Virus record (IMG/VR): IMGVR_UViG_3300014501_000022
Location: 1-55,300 of that record
Length of the DNA stretch: 55,300 nucleotides
Direction: 5' to 3' (one strand)
Source of the DNA: a virus
Lineage: Duplodnaviria > Caudoviricetes
Shown piece by piece: positions 47,789 to 54,868 of this stretch (the first letter of the stretch is position 1; each line of letters opens with the position of its first letter). A model generated the notes under the pieces. That model was not told where the DNA came from. It ran no database searches and worked only from the letters and a program-made list of their open reading frames with translations. Made by a program: the position numbers and the translations under genes.

Positions 47789-50274
47789 TGGATGACAACG
47801 AGATCGAGAAGAAGGCCGAACCTATCGATGCACAGGATGGAGAGGACTTTACTAAAGAACTCGCTAGTCGCGACGACTACGGTGAAGAGTCTCTCCGTGG
47901 TGACCCCAGCGCTGCGTACCATGACTACTTAGGTGACAGTGCTAACTTCAGTGGCTTTCCTCAGCCTGTCAACCAACAAGAGATATGGAATAGATTTAAA
48001 GACTACGTTAACAAGAAGAAGGAAAACCTACATGAGGATAAGAATAAGGTAGGTAAGGAGCACATGGAAGAGATAGGAGAAGGCTACTGGGATAAGAAGA
48101 CTCCCTACATAGCTACGGATACTCCCGCACAATTTATGGCAATGCCTGCAATGAAGATTGGTAAGTTAGACGTAGAAGCGGATGAACAGCAGCCTACTCC
48201 TCCCTCCGAGCCCACTCCTGACCTTGGGGGATCTGTAATGGGAGAACCTCCTGCTGCAGAAGAGAACCGTAAGAAAGAACCGCCAGTTGAACTCCCAGCC
48301 AAAAATTTTGAGCCCCCTCAAGAAAAAATCATGGACGCCGACAAGTTCTGGTCGTCGGCAGGGAATCAGGCTACTGTTCACATCGCAAATCTTCCCAAGC
48401 CAAAAAATATCGGTGATGAAACACTCTTTACAGGTAACGTCTCCTTCTCCGCATTCAGCAGTCTAGGCGGGGCGACTCTCGCTGGAAAGGTTAAAGCTGT
48501 CCGCGGCGGTAATGGAAAAGAGTGCGTGAGCCTTATCCTGGAGACTGATGAGTTGATGACTCTCGTTATGAACATCGCTCAGAAGTACGTAGACTCCAAG
48601 TCGCGAGATGAAGATGTTGTTATGAGAGATGTTCAGGAAGGACTACCCCTCATCTTCCGAAAAATTTTTGAAACAATTAAAGCAAAGAGAAACGACTTAG
48701 TATGGTCTACAGGTCCTGCAAAAGAAAACGCCGACGAGTACTCTCCTCTAGTAACGTACTTGCCTGAGGGAGGTATCGCGAAAGCGTTCGGTAAGTCTCT
48801 GCGCGAAGCACCTGCTCCTAAGCCAGGAGAGTCGGCGAAGACTGTTCCTTATCCTACGGAAGAGCTACACGCTCGTAAGCCTTTAGAGGGTAAAGACGCC
48901 CAGGGATTAATGAATGCTATCCGGGCACAAGAGAAGGTTTTACTGGGAGGTAATTCAAGTGAGCATCTTGAAAAGCCCCACTACCTCAAAGACAATAACA
49001 TTATAAGACAGTTCGTTATTAAAATACCTGAGGACAAGTTTCACAAAAGGGAAGAGGGTATGTTCGCCTTCTTGAAAATGTCGGAAGTAGAAAAGATTAG
49101 TCCTGAGGCTGCCGCACTTATTAAAGCCTCAGATGGGGAAGGAACTGACGGAGAGAGCTTCCATTTCTTTTATGTTCCAAAGAAAGGGGACATGGAAGAT
49201 GATACAGTAGCCATCGAGAATAAGCTTCTCACGAACAAGTATATCCTTTCTAAGGTACAGAACATCTATAAGCGATTTGGCGGAGGAACACCTCAGCAAT
49301 TGTTTAAAGCGATCGCAGGAGATCTCGATCTATCTCCTTCCGCTGTCGCTGTATGGTTCATAGAACTGTTCGATAAGCTTACCCCTACTGTGAGGGAGAA
49401 GGCGAAGAAGGCTACCGGTATAGGTATGGAGAAGCTAGCCTATCCAACAGACGCCTGGGCCGGACCGACATTAGAGCAGGTGGGTGCCCTTGTTGGACCC
49501 GACAAAGCTATGCTAGCCTCTGAGTGGGCAAGCTCCCTAGCCGACAAGTTAAACTATACTTCCTACCCGCCGACATTCCCTACGTTGGTTGGAGGACCTT
49601 CAGATCTAAAGAAGCTTGGCGCTCTTGGCCTTACGGATGAGCAAGTAGAGCGAAGGAATCGCATTATAGAGAAGTATAGAGAGCCAGCAACAGAGATGTT
49701 GCATAGTTTAGTAACCAACATTTACGACAGTGATGTCGCCGGTGGAGGCGCTAACGCTGGCCCCCTAAATCCGGAAGCTGAAGAAATTGGTCAGCTGGCA
49801 GAGGACGTCCTCTTAGAAATGTTCGAGGAGTTACCAACGACCATCGCCGACGAAGACTTCTATAAAGAACTAAAGAGTCGTTTGTTTACGACTCAGAAGA
49901 TGATTGAACGTCATCACAATAAGAAGATGCCTAGCAACAAGTCTAAGTTCACGGACGTAATGAACACACCAACTGTCCCTCTTGATACAGGTGAGATCGA
50001 AGATCCGATCAACTATCTCTCAGCGACGTTGCATAAGAAAGCTTTACAGATCGACGACGCTGTTCAGATCAGTCCGGAGTTCCCACGTAGAGAGTTTGCT
50101 GGACGCATGGGAAAAGTTTGTGACATTAAAGGGGACATTTATATGTGCCCAGAGCATGGACCAGAGCCGCTCATCCATTACCTTATTGATATAGGGGACG
50201 GCGAGACGCATCGAGAGGGAACGCTCACCTGGGTCGTAGATGGTGAGTTTATGCCCGCAGGATCCACTAACTAA
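47788..50274 (+). CDS. 828-aa modular protein with C-terminal SH3/KOW-like module
   Basis: LHKKA followed by LQIDDAVQI...GRMGKV...YLIDI. Confidence 0.7.
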   Translation: MDDNEIEKKAEPIDAQDGEDFTKELASRDDYGEESLRGDPSAAYHDYLGDSANFSGFPQPVNQQEIWNRFKDYVNKKKENLHEDKNKVGKEHMEEIGEGYWDKKTPYIATDTPAQFMAMPAMKIGKLDVEADEQQPTPPSEPTPDLGGSVMGEPPAAEENRKKEPPVELPAKNFEPPQEKIMDADKFWSSAGNQATVHIANLPKPKNIGDETLFTGNVSFSAFSSLGGATLAGKVKAVRGGNGKECVSLILETDELMTLVMNIAQKYVDSKSRDEDVVMRDVQEGLPLIFRKIFETIKAKRNDLVWSTGPAKENADEYSPLVTYLPEGGIAKAFGKSLREAPAPKPGESAKTVPYPTEELHARKPLEGKDAQGLMNAIRAQEKVLLGGNSSEHLEKPHYLKDNNIIRQFVIKIPEDKFHKREEGMFAFLKMSEVEKISPEAAALIKASDGEGTDGESFHFFYVPKKGDMEDDTVAIENKLLTNKYILSKVQNIYKRFGGGTPQQLFKAIAGDLDLSPSAVAVWFIELFDKLTPTVREKAKKATGIGMEKLAYPTDAWAGPTLEQVGALVGPDKAMLASEWASSLADKLNYTSYPPTFPTLVGGPSDLKKLGALGLTDEQVERRNRIIEKYREPATEMLHSLVTNIYDSDVAGGGANAGPLNPEAEEIGQLAEDVLLEMFEELPTTIADEDFYKELKSRLFTTQKMIERHHNKKMPSNKSKFTDVMNTPTVPLDTGEIEDPINYLSATLHKKALQIDDAVQISPEFPRREFAGRMGKVCDIKGDIYMCPEHGPEPLIHYLIDIGDGETHREGTLTWVVDGEFMPAGSTN

Positions 50275-50291
50275 AATACGTCGGAGGGTCG

Positions 50292-50552
50292 ATGAACGCA
50301 CCCTACGAGATTATGATCCTTACCGTCGAAGAGGTTCTCCTGGATATATATGAGGGGGAACTAAGCTCCAAGAGCACTGAGGAGGCCACGAGGGCCTTCG
50401 CTATGTGGTTGACTGAGCACAACGCCCATTACTACACAGGCAAGAAGACGAACGGTACTGATGCCGTTCAGGACGCAATCCTCGCGACCATTAGAAATAA
50501 AAAGACATTGTGCGTCTTATCCAGTTGTCCCGAATTCGAAAACGACAATTAA
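50292..50552 (+). CDS. hypothetical protein
   Basis: GGAGG RBS, 86 aa, last gene before the terminator. Confidence 0.6.
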   Translation: MNAPYEIMILTVEEVLLDIYEGELSSKSTEEATRAFAMWLTEHNAHYYTGKKTNGTDAVQDAILATIRNKKTLCVLSSCPEFENDN

Positions 50553-50575
50553 ACCGACCCGGCCGTTAAGGCAGA

Positions 50576-50617
50576 AAAATAGCCGCTACCGTTAGCTTCA
50601 ACGGTAGCGGCTATTTT
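50576..50617. terminator. bidirectional intrinsic terminator
   Basis: AAAATAGCCGCTACCGTT-AGCTTC-AACGGTAGCGGCTATTTT between convergent gene blocks. Confidence 0.9.
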
Positions 50618-50846
50618 AGTCTATAGCGACCCATGCCCCAGACGCTCGACTATCCGTGTAGATTTCTCTCGCTTCAGGATATAGCCACCCATTGTTTGCT
50701 TGCCATCCCATTATCCTGACACTGAAGAATCTTTCCGCGATTTGAAATGTCTTATAGATTTTCTGTTCATCTGGGTACAGAGATACCCACCCCTGAAGAG
50801 AATCTTGTTGGTTAATACTAGTCCAATTAATTTCCTGCATATACAC
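50616..50846 (-). CDS. hypothetical protein
   Basis: 76 aa, GAGG RBS, upstream GTGTAATAT box. Confidence 0.55.
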   Translation of the reverse strand: MYMQEINWTSINQQDSLQGWVSLYPDEQKIYKTFQIAERFFSVRIMGWQANNGWLYPEAREIYTDSRASGAWVAID

Positions 50847-50887
50847 CTCTCTTACGACGTTAAGAGATATTACACTACCGCTAACGA

Positions 50888-51256
50888 TTAATGACCGTGG
50901 ACGTAGTATCTTCCTTTACCTTCAAGGTAGTCGGGATTGCAGTCTCGACAACGCTCGTCCTTTAATATATTGGCGAGTGCCTTGAATCTCTTATGTTCCT
51001 TTTGGTTAAGGACAATTTCGAGAGTATGAGTATGATTCCAGTATGCTTCCCAGAAGAGTTTAGTAGCTCTCCAGAGTCGCCAGTGCCACGGGATGTTCAT
51101 GAATGTGTTATCATGCATCTCCAAGATGGCCATGCGCTCATCCATCATGGTAACCATTAATCCATGATCCTGCGTTCCGCAGTCACAAGAGAACCAATCA
51201 TCCTCTTCCTTAAAGGGAAGGGGCTTCTCTTTGGGTACATCCGGTACTATAGCCAT
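50888..51256 (-). CDS. hypothetical protein
   Basis: CDCG..DH motif; TAATG coupled. Confidence 0.65.
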   Translation of the reverse strand: MAIVPDVPKEKPLPFKEEDDWFSCDCGTQDHGLMVTMMDERMAILEMHDNTFMNIPWHWRLWRATKLFWEAYWNHTHTLEIVLNQKEHKRFKALANILKDERCRDCNPDYLEGKGRYYVHGH

Positions 51257-51597
51257 TACTCATCATCCTCTACTTGCATAGCGCTAACGATTGGAGGAAC
51301 ACTCCCACCCGCTAATACGGATATTCCGGTAGGTTCTTCCTCTACTTTCTCCCAGTACTCAAGCTTCTCATCCCAAACGTAGTTCTTAGATAGCTGTACC
51401 TCAACGACGGCACCCTGATCATAGAACTTCGTAATAGGAACGGGCTTAAGTAATCGCTTCGCGTCTGCTGGTCCCTTTGCGTCGTTCTCGAAGAACGAAG
51501 CTAGGATACGGATAGTCTCTTTGTCGGCGTCAGCAAGAAAGTCCGCAACCTTCTTTAAGCGACCTCTCGCCCGGACGACATCTCCTTTTGTAAGCAA
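51256..51597 (-). CDS. hypothetical protein
   Basis: AGGAG RBS, TTG start. Confidence 0.6.
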   Translation of the reverse strand: MLTKGDVVRARGRLKKVADFLADADKETIRILASFFENDAKGPADAKRLLKPVPITKFYDQGAVVEVQLSKNYVWDEKLEYWEKVEEEPTGISVLAGGSVPPIVSAMQVEDDE

Positions 51598-51608
51598 TCG
51601 ATTCTCTC

Positions 51609-52223
51609 CTAGGGATCTAACTCAGACTCCCAATACTTACTATCGATCAAGCGCTGCCAGCTTACGGGGATTGGTGCATGACCCGTAACGAGAGTACCGG
51701 CACCCTTCCATTCTGGCCGTTGAGGCTTAACACGTAACGTCATGCCAGCCTCTTCAGGCGTCTTGTCATCCTTCTTGGTGTTGCAAGGAATACAAGATAA
51801 TACAATGTTTGTCCAATTAGATACACCACCCCGAGACTTAGGAATTACGTGATCAAGATTCCATTCGTCTGGCTTAGTAAGCTTAGAGGGCTTAGAAAAC
51901 TTCTTGCCACAGTAAGCGCACTGGTAGTTGTAATGCTCTAGGATATTTCGACGAGAGAATTTAACCTCTTGTCTAGGTAGACGATCATACCGGGTTAACT
52001 GAATAACTTCCGGGATCGCAATTCGGAGGGAAGACGTATGGACGAAACCTCTCCCACTCTTCTCCATCATGGCAGACAACTCACACCAATCATTGAAGTC
52101 GTAGGTAACAAGGTTCTCGTCAACTGCTCTTGCGTGACCTGTGTATAGGAGAGTTAATGCCTTCTGCCAATCGGATATGTGGATTGCGTAGAAGTTTCGG
52201 TTTAAGACTAGCGTGTCAGCCAT
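51609..52223 (-). CDS. HNH endonuclease (McrA/COG1403-like)
   Basis: LVLN, FSRRNI, CAYCG, LDHVIPKSRGG...NIVLSCIPCNTKK. Confidence 0.9.
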   Translation of the reverse strand: MADTLVLNRNFYAIHISDWQKALTLLYTGHARAVDENLVTYDFNDWCELSAMMEKSGRGFVHTSSLRIAIPEVIQLTRYDRLPRQEVKFSRRNILEHYNYQCAYCGKKFSKPSKLTKPDEWNLDHVIPKSRGGVSNWTNIVLSCIPCNTKKDDKTPEEAGMTLRVKPQRPEWKGAGTLVTGHAPIPVSWQRLIDSKYWESELDP

Positions 52224-52304
52224 ATCGTATCTCTCCTAGTATTTAAGTTCTATAAGTTACTTCGCCTGTACATTGTCATTTCATTTATCCTTTTCACGAC
52301 AAAT

Positions 52305-52378
52305 TGGAGCTACCACTCGGTATCGATCCGAGGTCGATCCCTTACCAAGGGATTACTCTGCCTTTGAGCTATGGTAGC
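52305..52378 (-). tRNA. tRNA-Thr(GGT)
   Basis: Acceptor GCTACCA/TGGTAGC, anticodon loop TTGGTAA, T loop ATCGATA, CCA. Confidence 0.85.
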
Positions 52379-52384
52379 AAAAAT

Positions 52385-52459
52385 TGGAGCTGCCATGGAG
52401 AGATGCACTCCACTCTGAGACTTACGAAGTCCCTGCATCGCTAACTATGCTTTGGCAGC
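52385..52459 (-). tRNA. tRNA-Thr(CGT)
   Basis: GCTGCCA/TGGCAGC, loop TTCGTAA, atypical T loop TGCATCT, CCA. Confidence 0.8.
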
Positions 52460-52461
52460 AT

Positions 52462-52535
52462 TGGTATCACCGGGTGGTATCGATCCACCGTCTAAGCCTT
52501 ATGAGAGCCCCATTCTACCTTTGAACTACGGTGAC
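52462..52535 (-). tRNA. tRNA-CAT (elongator Met or Ile2)
   Basis: GTCACCG/CGGTGAT, loop CTCATAA, CCA. Confidence 0.8.
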
Positions 52536-52542
52536 TACAAAT

Positions 52543-52618
52543 TGGTAGCGGGAGCTGGAATTGAACCAGCCTGGAAGAGCTTATGAGACTCCTGAGTTCA
52601 CCAGAACTCTACCCCGCA
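52543..52618 (-). tRNA. tRNA-CAT, initiator (fMet)-like
   Basis: TGCGGGG/TCCCGCT with 1:72 mismatch, loop CTCATAA, TTCAATT, CCA. Confidence 0.8.
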
Positions 52619-52622
52619 AATT

Positions 52623-52698
52623 TGGTACCCTAGGAAGGGGTTGCACCTTCACTGAACAGGTTTTGAAGCTGTTGCCTCTGCTATTGGGCTACTAGGGC
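52623..52698 (-). tRNA. tRNA-Leu(CAA), short variable loop
   Basis: GCCCTAG/CTAGGGT, loop TTCAAAA, T loop TGCAACC, CCA. Confidence 0.8.
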
Positions 52699-52837
52699 GA
52701 CTGTCTAAATACACACTTAGGCGCTTCGCGAAACATTCAACACAGTTATCTGTACTCAGGTTAAAGGTCTCAGCTAGGTCGTATAAGAGAGAACCCATCG
52801 TCATTGGATTCACTATACAACAAAGTGCCTTTGTCAT
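52649..52837 (-). CDS. small Cys-containing hypothetical protein (3' end overlaps tRNA-Leu)
   Basis: ATGA coupling with upstream ORF; overlap with tRNA lowers confidence. Confidence 0.4.
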   Translation of the reverse strand: MTKALCCIVNPMTMGSLLYDLAETFNLSTDNCVECFAKRLSVYLDSRPSSPIAEATASKPVQ

Positions 52838-53031
52838 TTCTTCTTTATGTGTCTTGGGTTATCTTTCTTACCGCAAGGATACCCGCACTTCTTACAATGG
52901 CGACTCGATACAGCAAAGGCACCGATCATGGAGTCATCGATAAAGTCCCAGTCGAGAGTTTCCATTACCTTCTTTGGAACCTTCTTATACTTCCCTCGTA
53001 CGCCTTTACTGAAGTCGTACTCTTTCTTCAT
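52834..53031 (-). CDS. BrnA-like antitoxin N-terminal motif protein
   Basis: MKKEYDFSKGVRGKY resembles N-termini of BrnA/CopG-type antitoxins; C-terminal CKKC. Confidence 0.6.
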   Translation of the reverse strand: MKKEYDFSKGVRGKYKKVPKKVMETLDWDFIDDSMIGAFAVSSRHCKKCGYPCGKKDNPRHIKKK

Positions 53032-53032
53032 A

Positions 53033-53108
53033 TGGTGCCTATGGTAGGATTTGAACCTACACTGGACGGCTTCTTAGACCGCTTCCTCTGCCGTTGGGAT
53101 ACATAGGC
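53033..53108 (-). tRNA. tRNA-Leu(AAG), short variable loop
   Basis: GCCTATG/CATAGGC, stem GCGGT/GCCGT, loop CTAAGAA, TTCAAAT, CCA. Confidence 0.85.
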
Positions 53109-53114
53109 TTAAAT

Positions 53115-53188
53115 TGGTGCTCTAGGAAGGAATCGAACCTTCACGGTCACAATGTCAATGTGATGCCCTACCACTAGGCGACTGGAGC
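53115..53188 (-). tRNA. tRNA-Val(GAC)
   Basis: GCTCCAG/CTAGAGC, loop TTGACAT, TTCGATT, CCA. Confidence 0.85.
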
Positions 53189-53379
53189 TAATATATCTCT
53201 TGTTTCGGACCACATCGCGTAAGAAGAAAGCCCATGATCTTTCGATCACTTCTCAAACAATAGTCGTCCCAATCGTCTTGGAACTTCCACTTCTTGGTAC
53301 ATCTATCACAATAGGTCCAATCATCTTTCTTCTTCCAATCGTGATAAAGAATCTTACACAAGTCCTTCTCAAACTTCAT
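53188..53379 (-). CDS. small DUF1660-like Cys/His protein
   Basis: LCKILYHDW...CDRC. Confidence 0.6.
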   Translation of the reverse strand: MKFEKDLCKILYHDWKKKDDWTYCDRCTKKWKFQDDWDDYCLRSDRKIMGFLLTRCGPKQEIY

Positions 53380-53380
53380 A

Positions 53381-53455
53381 TGGTGCCCTTAGCAGGAGTC
53401 GAACCCGCATCTCAGAGGTAGAAGCTCCGCGCTCTGGCCATTGAGCTATAAGGGC
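53381..53455 (-). tRNA. tRNA-Arg(TCT)
   Basis: GCCCTTA/TAAGGGC, loop CTTCTAC, TTCGACT, CCA. Confidence 0.9.
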
Positions 53456-53460
53456 TAAAT

Positions 53461-53535
53461 TGGAGCCGCCACCCGGACTCGCGCCGGACTATCACGCTTA
53501 CAAGGCGTGCGCATCGCTACCTATGCTTTGGCGGC
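53461..53535 (-). tRNA. tRNA-Thr(TGT)
   Basis: GCCGCCA/TGGCGGC, loop CTTGTAA, atypical T loop CGCGAGT, CCA. Confidence 0.82.
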
Positions 53536-53540
53536 ATATA

Positions 53541-53613
53541 TGCCTTCGGTCGGAATTGAACCGACATGGACGGGAGTTTAGAGTTCCCCGCTTTGCCATT
53601 AAGCTACGAAGGC
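53541..53613 (-). tRNA. amber suppressor tRNA (anticodon CTA), no encoded CCA
   Basis: GCCTTCG/CGAAGGC, D arm GCTT-AATGGCA-AAGC, GGGAA-CTCTAAA-CTCCC, GTCGG-TTCAATT-CCGAC. Confidence 0.82.
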
Positions 53614-53619
53614 TAATTG

Positions 53620-54168
53620 TTACTTTCTTAAGGCACTAAAAATTCTCTTGGCTATCGTCCAAGGGCTGTATTGCCATTCACCATTGATCATACCTTCAAC
53701 CATTCCTGGCAAAGCTTCAGTACATAGACGACAGTGTTCGTACGACAGTCCGTGCATTCCACACTGAGCTATCGGTCCCATGTTGACTTTCCAACCGTCT
53801 GAGGCGCCGGGCCTTACTGCGGAGTAACTGTAACCTCTTGTTGAGGGACACTTCGCGTACTCAGTGAAATGTCTTTCTGGACTACAAATTGTTTTCTCGA
53901 ATACCTCATACACCCAAGGATCGCCGCTTGCATTCTTCTGCCATGATCTCTTTAGATCGTAGCCGCACCAGCAATGCGTATGTATCCCGTATATGTTGTA
54001 TAGTCTCTTTACTTCTTGTCGCTCGCGACCGTGCTTCTGACATCCTATCAAACGTGGTCCGCCCGACGCCGTATATCCTCCGTCGTTCAACGTACAAAGA
54101 ATATGTTTCCTTGCAGCGATACACGGAAGGCTAATTAGTTCTTCCTACGACTCTTCTTTCTATAACAT
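53620..54168 (-). CDS. Cys/His-rich hypothetical protein; likely N-terminus contains two in-frame TAG codons
   Basis: Track ORF 53620-54090 extends in frame to TAG 54147-54145, TAG 54162-54160 and an ATG at 54168 with GGAG RBS; true start unresolved. Confidence 0.55.
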
Positions 54169-54342
54169 TTTATCTCCATTACCGTAAGTTGGCTTCTTCG
54201 GGTCTATTGCCCAGTGGTGCCCTTTGCTTTCAGTATAAGGACATTCACGCGGCTGTGCCCTTGCAGGCCAGCACTTGTAACAACACTTCGTCTTACAAAG
54301 CTTACACCAGCAATATTCGTTGATAACGCAACAAATGTTCAT
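54160..54342 (-). CDS. small Cys-rich protein (TAG stop, in frame with downstream ORF)
   Basis: CC...CWCKLC...CCYKC; ATG 5 nt after TATAAT. Confidence 0.6.
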   Translation of the reverse strand: MNICCVINEYCWCKLCKTKCCYKCWPARAQPRECPYTESKGHHWAIDPKKPTYGNGDKML

Positions 54343-54361
54343 TACTGATTATACACTAAAT

Positions 54362-54437
54362 TGGTAGCCTAGGAGAGGGTTGCACTCTCACTGTACGGGT
54401 TTTAAAGCCGCTGCCTCTGCTATTGGGCTACTAGGCC
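54362..54437 (-). tRNA. tRNA-Leu(TAA), short variable loop
   Basis: GGCCTAG/CTAGGCT, loop TTTAAAA, T loop TGCAACC, CCA; paralogue of Leu(CAA). Confidence 0.8.
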
Positions 54438-54595
54438 GTCAAATCGATTGGTCGCTCTATGCAGTATGAAGAACCTGTGTAAGCGTTCTGTTCAATCCAG
54501 TCCTTATCTGCTTTGTAACAATCGACACAGTACTCATACTTCATACCATCAACTGTCACAAATACTACCGGATGAACCTGACAACAGAGTCTCAT
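54431..54595 (-). CDS. small Cys-containing protein (54 aa, not in ORF track)
   Basis: MRLCCQVH...YCVDC...; TAG stop overlaps the tRNA-Leu 5' end. Confidence 0.5.
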   Translation of the reverse strand: MRLCCQVHPVVFVTVDGMKYEYCVDCYKADKDWIEQNAYTGSSYCIERPIDLTA

Positions 54596-54597
54596 AT

Positions 54598-54672
54598 TGG
54601 AGCACCAGGGGAGAATCGAACTCCCTCATGAAAGTTTTGCAGACTCTCAGCTTCCCACTTGCCTACTGGTGC
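54598..54672 (-). tRNA. tRNA-Cys(GCA)
   Basis: GCACCAG/CTGGTGC, loop CTGCAAA, U73, CCA. Confidence 0.88.
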
Positions 54673-54673
54673 A

Positions 54674-54868
54674 TTATTGGCTTGGCAAGTCAGGGTAACA
54701 AGCTATACAATACTTCTTTACGTCGGTACAATAGTTCGTATAAGCTCCGACATGCAGCGTTGTGTCGTCGCAACCCGGATAAGTACACTGGTGGTAATAT
54801 CCTAATAAACCTCTATACGCATTACCCCACTTGTGTCCATTTACGAGGCACGGTAAAGATCTATTCAT
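54674..54868 (-). CDS. small DUF1660-like Cys/His protein
   Basis: SLPCLVNGHKW...CTYPGC...CIAC. Confidence 0.55.
   Translation of the reverse strand: MNRSLPCLVNGHKWGNAYRGLLGYYHQCTYPGCDDTTLHVGAYTNYCTDVKKYCIACYPDLPSQ

Noticed and set aside
52623-52698. Opal (TCA) suppressor reading of the CTTCAAAAC loop
   Set aside because: Stem register ACAG/CTGT places CAA at positions 34-36, and the gene is a clear paralogue of Leu(TAA)
53541-53613. tRNA-Pyl
   Set aside because: Shares the CUCUAAA loop but has a normal D loop with GG, a TTC T loop and A73; no pyl genes in the window
53906-54124. 72-aa minus-strand ORF as the real gene upstream of the suppressor tRNA
   Set aside because: Arg-rich alternate frame overlapping the longer Cys/His frame that matches neighbouring proteins; not fully excluded
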